24,584 bases of DNA. Source: an uncultured Coriobacteriaceae bacterium. Its GTDB lineage: Bacteria; Actinomycetota; Coriobacteriia; Coriobacteriales; Atopobiaceae. The notes under the pieces were generated by a model that did no database searches, had not been told where the DNA came from, and saw only the letters and a program-made list of their open reading frames with translations. Position numbers and translations under genes: made by a program. Each line of letters starts with the position of its first letter. The first letter of the stretch is position 1. Shown here piece after piece: positions 14,244 through 21,726 of the stretch. The stretch spans positions 1 to 24,584 of the forward strand of contig CAYTTI010000001.1 of NCBI GenBank assembly GCA_964440675.1, read 5' to 3'.

Positions 14244-14777
14244 CTATGATCCAGGGCTTACCACAACACATCTTCTAGGCTCGACGCCTTCGGAATACGT
14301 GATAACCTGCTCATCATGAGAAAGGGCGAGGTGAGCAATTCGGCGGTCGTATGCATTCATTGCAGGTAACTTGATCGGTCGATGTTGCTTCTTAGCGCGA
14401 TCAGCTGCTTGAAAGGCGGTAGAACGAACCCGCTCACGACGCGAATGCTTGTAGCCCTTAACGTCAATAATGATTGGATATCTAAATCCAAGCTTACGAC
14501 TCACAATTGAGGAAATAAGATTTTGAAGTGCATCAAGGGTTTTACCGTGATGGCCGATAAGAAGTACCAGATCGTCACCATTGATATCAAGGATGAGCTC
14601 TCCGTCATCACCTTCATACTCATCAATACTTGAGCCCGTCTCATTAAAGGTTGACAGGATCATACGGATACTCTCAATAGCGATATCCGCTATGAGATCG
14701 ATGTCTTCGTCTCTAAAATCTTCCCCAGACTCATACCTAAGTCGAATTTCTTCGATCTGTTCAGCTGTAGCTTCCAT
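14244..14777 (-). CDS. jag: Jag/KhpB/EloR RNA-binding protein (KH + R3H domains, no Jag_N)
   Basis: LIGHHGKTLDALQ (KH GxxG), IIIDVKGY, MNAYDRRIAH (R3H), SEGVEPRRCVVV; position after yidC. Confidence 0.92.
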   Translation of the reverse strand: MEATAEQIEEIRLRYESGEDFRDEDIDLIADIAIESIRMILSTFNETGSSIDEYEGDDGELILDINGDDLVLLIGHHGKTLDALQNLISSIVSRKLGFRYPIIIDVKGYKHSRRERVRSTAFQAADRAKKQHRPIKLPAMNAYDRRIAHLALSHDEQVITYSEGVEPRRCVVVSPGS

Positions 14778-14814
14778 GGTAAAAACTTTCCATCACTCAA
14801 ATAGACTATTTCCC

Positions 14815-14844
14815 CGCAAGACATCTCACGTAAGATGTCTTGCG
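14815..14844. repeat. Perfect 12-bp inverted repeat (6-nt loop) between yidC and jag
   Basis: cgcaagacatct-cacgta-agatgtcttgcg; no U-tract in the transcribed direction. Confidence 0.9.
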
Positions 14845-14851
14845 CACAATA

Positions 14852-15610
14852 TTATGATTTTTTATGAGGGCGCTTTTTACGCTCTCGCCTCATGACATCA
14901 ACACGAACAGGACCTTCGGCCTCGCGAGCAGCTTCCTCAGCATAAACCTTGTCACGTACATGCTTGGAGATAACCAATTGTTGAACGACATGCCACGCAG
15001 ACGACGTGACATAGTACAGGCTTACGCCCGCAGGGATACTCCATCCAACAAATACCATCATGAGAGCCATAATGCCTGACATCATACGTGTTTGGCTTGC
15101 CTGTTCAGGATTTACATTCGTTTGTGACATCATCATGGGAACCAAAGTTAAGAAACCAAAAAGTAGGTCAATGATGATATAAGGCATGGCTACCCACAGC
15201 CCCGAATCACTCAGGGCAGAAGAAGCGGAGGTCGCCAAACTCGGCAGGATGCCATAGAACGAAGCATCTGCTGAGACACCGCGCAGCACAGTAAACAAGG
15301 CGAAGAAAATGGGCATCTGCAAAAGAACGGGAGCGCATCCACCGAGCGGGTTTACATTGTTTTCAGCGTAGAACTTGCGCATTTCCTCAGCTTGTCGCTG
15401 TGGGTCGTCAGCGTACCTATTTTGAATGTCTTGCAGCTGGCCAGACATAAGGGACATGCGTGTGGTCGACACAGTTTGTTTAATAGAAAGGGGAAGGAGA
15501 ACCAAGCGGATGAGGAAGGTTAGGATAATAATCGCAAGTCCCCAGTCACCACAAACACCGACTATTAATCCAAGTGCAGTCTCAAGAAGACCACAAAACC
15601 ATTCCCACAT
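14852..15610 (-). CDS. yidC: Membrane protein insertase YidC (short Gram-positive type)
   Basis: GGAGGAG RBS; WGLAIIILTFLIRLVLLPL, NVNPLGGCAPVLLQMPIFFALF, PAGVSLYYVTSSAW. Confidence 0.96.
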   Translation of the reverse strand: MWEWFCGLLETALGLIVGVCGDWGLAIIILTFLIRLVLLPLSIKQTVSTTRMSLMSGQLQDIQNRYADDPQRQAEEMRKFYAENNVNPLGGCAPVLLQMPIFFALFTVLRGVSADASFYGILPSLATSASSALSDSGLWVAMPYIIIDLLFGFLTLVPMMMSQTNVNPEQASQTRMMSGIMALMMVFVGWSIPAGVSLYYVTSSAWHVVQQLVISKHVRDKVYAEEAAREAEGPVRVDVMRRERKKRPHKKS

Positions 15611-15634
15611 AGCTCCTCCGTTAACGCCCGCTGG

Positions 15635-15844
15635 TTATGGGACAGGATCATATCCCCCTTTATGAAAGGGGTGACAACGACAAATTCGTTTAACTGCTAA
15701 TACCGTTCCTTTACAAGGACCATATCGATTAATAGCTTCGAGTGCATATTGAGAGCAGGTAGGCTGATAAATACAGCAGGCAGGCAGAATGGGTGAGATA
15801 AAACGCTGGTACCCCCTAATCAATTTGATAAGTATGTATCTCAT
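15635..15844 (-). CDS. yidD: Membrane protein insertion efficiency factor
   Basis: [39 protein letters not shown]. Confidence 0.96.
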   Translation of the reverse strand: MRYILIKLIRGYQRFISPILPACCIYQPTCSQYALEAINRYGPCKGTVLAVKRICRCHPFHKGGYDPVP

Positions 15845-15896
15845 ACATACAATCCTTTGATACTACTGCCCCACACAGCCATTGCAATGAAGCTAT

Positions 15897-15921
15897 TTCA
15901 ATCCACATCCTTCAATCCACA
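15897..15921. repeat. Tandem duplication (ttcaatccaca x2, 14-bp period) at the rnpA 3' end
   Basis: ttcaatccacatcc ttcaatccaca; the stop codon lies in the copy at 15897. Confidence 0.8.
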
Positions 15922-16230
15922 CCTCATGAGCAGTTGTGCTAATGAACGATGGAGATCTTCCTGTGCAGCATTATGAGTGTTGTTTGTTGCAAATAAGATA
16001 ACAGACCAACCGGCTATAGGAAGCCCGTTCTGACGAGCGGATTCCCTTAACAGCCTCTTACATCTATTTCTGTATACAGCATTGCCTAAGCGCTTGGCAG
16101 CAACAAAGGCAACGCTGCCCTGTTGACATGTTTCATCTCTTAAGAAAACTATACGCACAAGCGGGGTCCTCGACTGTTTACCCTCTCTAAAAACGCGCTG
16201 GAACTCCTTAGCTGACTTAATAGTGTTCAT
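15898..16230 (-). CDS. rnpA: Ribonuclease P protein component
   Basis: IKSAKEFQRVFREG and AAKRLGNAVYRNRCKRLLRE (RNR motif). ATG 16230 gives the typical length; the track's TTG 16260 adds an unaligned extension. Confidence 0.94.
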   Translation of the reverse strand: MNTIKSAKEFQRVFREGKQSRTPLVRIVFLRDETCQQGSVAFVAAKRLGNAVYRNRCKRLLRESARQNGLPIAGWSVILFATNNTHNAAQEDLHRSLAQLLMRCGLKDVD

Positions 16231-16278
16231 ACAGATGAAAGAGTAAGATGTGCTGCCCAAACGCTACACATATGCTAT

Positions 16279-16413
16279 TTAAACAGTCAGCCTCTTACGC
16301 CCCTTTGCACGACGACGGGAAAGAACCTGACGCCCGGCTTTGGTTGCCATACGAGCACGAAAGCCATGGCACTTTGCCCGCTTCCTTTTATTTGGCTGAT
16401 ACGTACGCTTCAT
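16279..16413 (-). CDS. rpmH: 50S ribosomal protein L34 (below the ORF-track length cutoff)
   Basis: Manual translation [44 protein letters not shown], with an AAAGGAG RBS. Confidence 0.98.
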   Translation of the reverse strand: MKRTYQPNKRKRAKCHGFRARMATKAGRQVLSRRRAKGRKRLTV

Positions 16414-16464
16414 AACAAACTCCTTTGAGGTAGTTTCGACAGGTAACACTTGTAAGGCTCAGTA

Positions 16465-16494
16465 ATTCTATAAATACACTGGTCAACATGTCAA
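16465..16494 (-). promoter_or_regulatory. Sigma-A-type promoter of the rpmH-rnpA-yidD-yidC-jag operon
   Basis: Minus strand TTGACA (16494-16489), 18 nt, TAGAAT (16470-16465). Confidence 0.72.
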
Positions 16495-16506
16495 ACCTAC
16501 TGAATC

Positions 16507-16524
16507 TTTCATATGTATATGAAA
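16507..16524. promoter_or_regulatory. Perfect 8-2-8 inverted repeat, candidate operator between the divergent promoters
   Basis: TTTCATAT-GT-ATATGAAA. Confidence 0.55.
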
Positions 16525-16527
16525 TTA

Positions 16528-16662
16528 TGTGGAAGATGTTATGCTAATCGAAGGGTATTGGTTACTCATACCCAATGGTTTTCTACAAGTTTTCACATGT
16601 TGTTGAAAGTTTCTAAAAGTTTCTATCTGGAATGAAAGTTTCCAACATTTTGATGAAACTTT
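16528..16662. promoter_or_regulatory. Cluster of DnaA-box-like 9-mers and AAAGTTTC repeats upstream of the GHKL-wHTH gene
   Basis: TGTGGAAGA 16528, TTTTCTACA 16579, GTTTTCACA 16589, TGTTGAAAG 16601, TTTCCAACA 16639; AAAGTTTC at 16606, 16616 and 16635, inverted at 16655. Confidence 0.6.
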
Positions 16663-17578
16663 GTTGAGGGATGGCTGGTTTGAAGTGGCTAACGGGTTCT
16701 ATACCTTTGTTGGAGACGGCTCTGAATCATTCGAGCGTGATGAATCTCTATCATCTCTATCGATAGATACCATTCGTTATCCAGCGCGTATTGCCGTATA
16801 CGATGACCCAACAATTACCCCGCGCGTGGTCACTATCCAGCCGAAACCTGTTCGTGACTACCTCGAGGAAATAACCGCCACTGTCAATCAGCTGTCACAC
16901 GAACAGGGCGGTACTATTCCGTTCATGATTATTCGTGAGATTGTCGAAAACTACATCCATGCCTATTTCATTGCTCCAACGATATCCATACTTGATGGAG
17001 GAAATACCTTGCGCTTTGCAGATCAAGGCCCGGGGATTATCGAAAAGAACAAAGCCTTGGAATATGGAACAACTTCTGCAACGGAAGAAATGAAGCAATA
17101 CATCCGTGGCGTAGGCAGTGGCTTGCCACTCGCACAGCAGTATATGCTCGATAAAGGGGGCTCCCTATCCATTCAAGACAACATGTCTCATGGAACCGTG
17201 GTAACAATTTCAACACGTCCCGAAGAGGATGTGTCCATGCCTATCTCACCCATACCAAAACAAAGGGAGATGGTGGAGCAAGAAACACAGGCACAGCTCC
17301 AGCAGCAGTTGCAACAGATGCAAGCTGTACAAGAAACGCAGCACCTTCAATACCAAGCAGCTGCCTTACCGCTCAGTAAGCGTAGTCATCAAATTCTCGC
17401 ATATCTGTCCTCGCATGCAGAGGTTGGTCCAAAAGACCTTGTGGAAACCTATAAGGGATCACAGCCAACCTGGTCAAGGGAGTTAAAGCGTATGGAGACT
17501 CAGGGTTTGCTCGTCAAACAAGGGCAAAAACGGCGTCTCACTCCCAAGGGAAGGGCGCATATTGCCGCGGTTGAGTAA
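16661..17578 (+). CDS. Uncharacterised GHKL (HATPase_c) ATPase / winged-helix fusion; start codon uncertain (TTG 16661 or GTG 16685)
   Basis: N-box REIVENYIHA, G1 ADQGPGI, G2 GVGSGL, G3 GGSLSI...GTVVTI; Gln-rich linker; C-terminal wHTH (QILAYLSSHAEVGPKDL...SQPTWSRELKRMETQGLLVK...RRLTPKG); no HisKA H-box. Confidence 0.8.
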   Translation: MLRDGWFEVANGFYTFVGDGSESFERDESLSSLSIDTIRYPARIAVYDDPTITPRVVTIQPKPVRDYLEEITATVNQLSHEQGGTIPFMIIREIVENYIHAYFIAPTISILDGGNTLRFADQGPGIIEKNKALEYGTTSATEEMKQYIRGVGSGLPLAQQYMLDKGGSLSIQDNMSHGTVVTISTRPEEDVSMPISPIPKQREMVEQETQAQLQQQLQQMQAVQETQHLQYQAAALPLSKRSHQILAYLSSHAEVGPKDLVETYKGSQPTWSRELKRMETQGLLVKQGQKRRLTPKGRAHIAAVE

Positions 17579-17591
17579 CGCGGTTGAATAA
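17566..17591 (+). repeat. 13-bp tandem duplication including the stop codon of the GHKL-wHTH gene
   Basis: cgcggttgagtaa / cgcggttgaataa (one transition). Confidence 0.85.
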
Positions 17592-17646
17592 ATAACTCGG
17601 TCGAACAAATTTAATTGTGCGCACGTTCGGAATTCTGTGCACAACT

Positions 17647-17698
17647 TGCCGTACTCAAGTAGATTCCGCACGCAGGGTGCCATACTCGAGTAGATCCT
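17647..17698. repeat. 21-bp direct repeat with palindromic TACTYRAGTA-like cores upstream of the dnaA promoter
   Basis: tgccgtactcaagtagattcc / tgccatactcgagtagatcct; period 31; 4 differences, all transitions. Confidence 0.85.
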
Positions 17699-17707
17699 AT
17701 ATCTGAG

Positions 17708-17746
17708 TTTTCAACAATTATCTGTCCCCTATAATACTTATCGACA
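17708..17746 (+). promoter_or_regulatory. dnaA promoter flanked by DnaA-box-like sites (probable autoregulation)
   Basis: TATAAT at 17730-17735; TTTTCAACA 17708-17716 over the -35 region and TTATCGACA 17738-17746 over the likely +1. Confidence 0.7.
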
Positions 17747-17767
17747 TTTTGAGGGGGCGAAACAGGT

Positions 17768-19291
17768 ATGGATAGCTTTCAAACATCAGAAGCGCTCGCA
17801 CTTTGGCAAGACCTTATTGACTTGCTTGAAGGCGAACAAGTATCTCAATCGCTGTTAGCAATGGTAAAAAGTTGCGAGGTGGTCGATCTTTCTCCAACCA
17901 CATTAACCATTTCAACATCTGCCCGCTTTGTTCAGCGAACCTTATTGAATGACCGCAAGCAAATTGAAGAGGTGCTTTCCAAGGCAGCCTTTACTCCTTT
18001 ATCCCTTGAAATCAAGCTAGTAAGTCAACAGAACACGCCTCATGTTCCACAGGACAACACGGTCTCACGCGGAGAGTTTGAAGAACTCCAGCACCAGCTC
18101 CATGCACCACAAACAACTACAGAGATACAAGGCAGCGCAAGCACAGGCGTAATCGAAGAACCTCCGCATAAACAAAGGAACAATCCTTTAATGCTGCGCC
18201 CCACTGAAAACGACTCGCGCTTAACTTTTGAGAGGTTTGTACAAGGAAACGAAAACTCCATTGCACTCTCTGCGGCAAAGCAAGTCGCAGACGGCATTAA
18301 TAAGACATACAACCCGCTTTTTATTTATGGGAAAAGCGGGTTGGGTAAAACGCATCTTCTCAAGGCAATACAAAACTACATCTTCCAAAACGACCAAGAT
18401 CGCATTTGCGTGTATCGAACCTCGCGGGACTTTATGAGCGACTACGTCAACGCAATGCATAATACCGAACGCAGCGTCCGGGATGAATTTGAGCGCAACT
18501 ACAACGGTATCGACATCCTTATTATTGACGACATTCAATACTTAAAGCCAACCGGCGCAACCATTGAATTTTTCTTTGATACATTCAATTACCTGTCCAA
18601 CCATGGCAAACAAATCGTCATAGCTTCAGATAGATCTCCTCATGAGTTAGGTTTAGGCGCTCATGGCTTCGATGAGCGTATTACCTCGCGGTTTGACTCA
18701 GGATTCACCTGCACCATTGGAGCGCCCGAGTACGAGTTGAAGGTAGCTTTGGTACGGGTGTTTTACGAGCGTATGCGAAACGATGCAGCTCGAGAAAACA
18801 TCAGTAATCTTGACGGTACGCTTTCCGATGAAGACCTTGAGCTCATGGCAGAACGCGCGGGAAACAACATCCGCGTTATTGAAAGCTTTGTCCAAGCATG
18901 CTTAATGCGTGCGTCCCTCATTGAGCGTACACAAAAACGTCATATCCGCCGTGAAGAACTCATCAATGAAGCCACGAGGCGCTGGCCGGACGGTCAACGC
19001 ACTATCACCGTTGAGGCGATTCAACGTACGATTGAGAATGAATATGACATCTCTCATATCGACCTGATAGGCGATAAGCGCAATAAGGAACTCATGACGC
19101 CACGCCATATTGCTATTTGGTTGGCGCGCGAACTTACCGACACTACCTTGGCAGATATTGGTGACAGATTCGGTGGACGAAGCCATGCCACAGTAAAACA
19201 CAGTATTAGCTGGGTGGATAAGCACCGCAAGTCGGATCGCTCGCTTAATGAGCATCTCAACAAACTAAAAGATGCTCTCAAAAACAGTTAG
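17768..19291 (+). CDS. dnaA: Chromosomal replication initiator DnaA
   Basis: TFERFVQGNENS, YNPLFIYGKSGLGKTHLL, DILIIDDIQ, FFDTFN, RITSRF, NIR sensor II, domain IV PRHIAIWLARELT...IGDRFGGRSHATV. Confidence 0.98.
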   Translation: MDSFQTSEALALWQDLIDLLEGEQVSQSLLAMVKSCEVVDLSPTTLTISTSARFVQRTLLNDRKQIEEVLSKAAFTPLSLEIKLVSQQNTPHVPQDNTVSRGEFEELQHQLHAPQTTTEIQGSASTGVIEEPPHKQRNNPLMLRPTENDSRLTFERFVQGNENSIALSAAKQVADGINKTYNPLFIYGKSGLGKTHLLKAIQNYIFQNDQDRICVYRTSRDFMSDYVNAMHNTERSVRDEFERNYNGIDILIIDDIQYLKPTGATIEFFFDTFNYLSNHGKQIVIASDRSPHELGLGAHGFDERITSRFDSGFTCTIGAPEYELKVALVRVFYERMRNDAARENISNLDGTLSDEDLELMAERAGNNIRVIESFVQACLMRASLIERTQKRHIRREELINEATRRWPDGQRTITVEAIQRTIENEYDISHIDLIGDKRNKELMTPRHIAIWLARELTDTTLADIGDRFGGRSHATVKHSISWVDKHRKSDRSLNEHLNKLKDALKNS

Positions 19292-19333
19292 CAACCCGGA
19301 TATGAAGAAAACATTGTCTAAGCTTTGTAAGTA

Positions 19334-19520
19334 TGTGTATAAAAGATCGCCCATATCGTCCGAGATGCCTTGAATTACAACTGAGGTGTTGGAGAAGTTG
19401 ATAGATTGATGAAAGCTCGCCTACTGTTTTGTTGCACTATAGCTGCTGATATATGAGTTATCTACATGTCAACAGAAGCTACTAGTGTTGCTACTTATAA
19501 ATAAATAATAAGAATATAGA
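19334..19520 (+). other. oriC unwinding region: DnaA boxes, DnaA-trios and AT-rich tract between dnaA and dnaN
   Basis: TGTGTATAA 19334 (reverse TTATACACA); TTATCTACA 19458 and ATGTCAACA 19466 overlapping by 1 nt; GAAG; CTA CTA GTG TTG CTA CTT ATA (19479-19499, central T in all seven); AAATAAATAATAAGAATATA. Confidence 0.85.
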
Positions 19521-19532
19521 AGAGAGGAAGAA

Positions 19533-20633
19533 ATGAGATTTACTGTCAGCCAAGCTGCTCTAGCCCGAGCTATTTCTATTGTCTCAAAAGGTATTGCATC
19601 GAACTCCACCTTGCCTATTCTTTCGGGTATCTATATCAAGGCCGACAATGGAACGCTCGAGCTGCACAGCTCAAACTTAACTATTTCAATCAAGCATCAG
19701 ATTACTGCCGATGTAGAAGAACCTGGCGAAACAGTTGTATCCGGCAAAATGATTGCCAATATTGTCAAAAATCTACCTGATGAGGCAGTGAACTTTATCG
19801 GTGCTGGACACGTAGTTGATATCTCCTGCGGTAGATCGCAATACCATCTCAATACCCTTGCAGCAAGCGATTTTCCACAATTTCCTGAGCTCACCTTGCA
19901 GGACTCAATCGAGCTTCCCTCAGATCTTCTGTCCAGTATGGTAAACAAGGTGTATAAGGTTACCTCGGATGAAGCATCACGACCCTTACTCTCAGGCATT
20001 TTAATGAGGGTTGAGCAAGGTCTTATTCGCTTGGTAGCAACCGATGCGATTCGTTTAGCCGTATGTGAAGCAGAGGTCACATCAACGCACGAGATCGAAG
20101 ACTTCGAGCTCATTGTTCCGGGAACTGCCTTTCACGACGTCCTCATGCTTCCAGTCGAAGAAAGTGTTATTACCGTCGGTTCAACCGAGAACCAGGTAGT
20201 GTGCATGTACGGTAATACGACCTATGTTTCGCGTAGCATAGAAGGTGAATATCCCGACTACAAACAGTTCTTGCCACCTGCAAGTGCATCTACGATAACA
20301 TTCAATGTTCAAGAATTTGCCGATGCGCTGCGTCGCGTTGCAGTAGTCGCAGTCAATAACCCATCCGTTAAATTTGAGTTTGATAATGACAACAACGTCG
20401 CTACAATCAGTTCAATTTCTACTGACCAAGGAGAAGCAACCGAGACACTCCCCGTAGAGATAGACGGTGATTCCATCGCAACTGCTCTCAACAATCGTTT
20501 TGTTTTAGATTGTTTAGCAGCATGTCCGGCCGATATTGCACGCCTAGAGTTACAGGCCTCGATGCAACCAGCTATCTTTAAGTGCGAAGGCAAGATGGCC
20601 TACCTCTACTTACTCATGCCGGTACGGATGTAG
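19533..20633 (+). CDS. dnaN: DNA polymerase III beta sliding clamp
   Basis: STLPILSGI, ASDFPQFP, SRPLLSGI, VATDAIRLA, RSIEGEYPDY, LNNRFVLD, YLLMPVR; AGAGG RBS. Confidence 0.98.
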   Translation: MRFTVSQAALARAISIVSKGIASNSTLPILSGIYIKADNGTLELHSSNLTISIKHQITADVEEPGETVVSGKMIANIVKNLPDEAVNFIGAGHVVDISCGRSQYHLNTLAASDFPQFPELTLQDSIELPSDLLSSMVNKVYKVTSDEASRPLLSGILMRVEQGLIRLVATDAIRLAVCEAEVTSTHEIEDFELIVPGTAFHDVLMLPVEESVITVGSTENQVVCMYGNTTYVSRSIEGEYPDYKQFLPPASASTITFNVQEFADALRRVAVVAVNNPSVKFEFDNDNNVATISSISTDQGEATETLPVEIDGDSIATALNNRFVLDCLAACPADIARLELQASMQPAIFKCEGKMAYLYLLMPVRM

Positions 20634-20637
20634 TGTT

Positions 20638-21726
20638 GTGGCGCTTATAGTACGCAGCATCACGCTCCACAATTTTAGAAACATTCATACCCGTACCATT
20701 GACTTTGATGCGGGGATGAATGTCCTCATAGGATCCAATGCAACGGGAAAAACCAATACCTTAGAAGCAATTCAACTGGTAACAACAGGAGTCTCGTTTC
20801 GTCATGCTGCTCTAAAAAACCTCATTTATGAGGGGGAGAATCACGCGCGTATCACAGCACGACTTGAGGGAGATGAGCGCGTTCTTAGTGTCGGGTGTGA
20901 CATTACACCAGAGCATAAGCGTTATACCTTGAATGGCAAACGAACAGCTGCAGCCCAGTTAACACATACCCTGCCATCCATTCTGTTTAATCCTGACGAT
21001 TTAGCACTCGTGAAAGGACCTGCCGCTCAACGCCGTCGCGAAATCGATTCGTTCGCCGCGCAGGTTCATACTGGGTATAAGCGCATCCTATCCTCCTATA
21101 CAAAGGGTGTGGAACAGCGCAACAAGCTCTTGCGGGATGAGTGGTGTGATCGAGCCCTGCTTGACGCTTGGGACGAATCAATTGCAGTGGGGGCTGGGGC
21201 TCTTATACATGCCCGCGTTCATTTACTCAATCGACTTATGCAGGCAGCAAGTCAAAGTTATGCCACCATCGCTAACCAAGAACAACTCTCGTGTTCATAT
21301 ACGTGCAGCATCGATATTGACCCCACACAAGCGAGTCGTGAAGAGATTGCTCACGCCATGCGTACAGCACTACGCATGCAACGCGCCCATGATATGCAGC
21401 AAGGTACAACGTCTGTGGGACCGCACCATGATGACATCTTATTTGAGATTAACAAGCACTCTGCTCGTCTATTTGGATCTCAAGGCCAGCAGCGATCGAT
21501 TGTGTTGGCCTTAAAAATTGCCGAGGTAGAGGTAACACAGGCCATTACCCATACACCACCGCTGCTCCTGCTTGATGATGTTATGAGCGAGCTTGATGAA
21601 AAGCGTCGAGAGGCTGTTTCTGGCATTGCTACTCGGGGAGTACAAACAATTGTTACGACCACGAACATGGGCTACTTCACTGATACAGGTATTAGTAGTG
21701 CTCAGGTGGTGAGATTTGGTGAGTGA
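20638..21726 (+). CDS. recF: DNA replication/repair protein RecF
   Basis: NFRN, GSNATGKTNTLEAI Walker A, GPAAQRRREID, GPHHDD, SQGQQR signature, LLLDDVMSELD Walker B. Confidence 0.97.
   Translation: MALIVRSITLHNFRNIHTRTIDFDAGMNVLIGSNATGKTNTLEAIQLVTTGVSFRHAALKNLIYEGENHARITARLEGDERVLSVGCDITPEHKRYTLNGKRTAAAQLTHTLPSILFNPDDLALVKGPAAQRRREIDSFAAQVHTGYKRILSSYTKGVEQRNKLLRDEWCDRALLDAWDESIAVGAGALIHARVHLLNRLMQAASQSYATIANQEQLSCSYTCSIDIDPTQASREEIAHAMRTALRMQRAHDMQQGTTSVGPHHDDILFEINKHSARLFGSQGQQRSIVLALKIAEVEVTQAITHTPPLLLLDDVMSELDEKRREAVSGIATRGVQTIVTTTNMGYFTDTGISSAQVVRFGE

Noticed and set aside
14244-14852. Absence of mnmE/mnmG between jag and rsmG as a deletion event
   Set aside because: The compact jag-rsmG order is common in Actinomycetota, and the genes' presence elsewhere cannot be judged from this window.
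16661-17578. Classical sensor histidine kinase
   Set aside because: No H-box/HisKA domain, no sensor or TM region and no cognate response regulator nearby; it has a DNA-binding wHTH instead.
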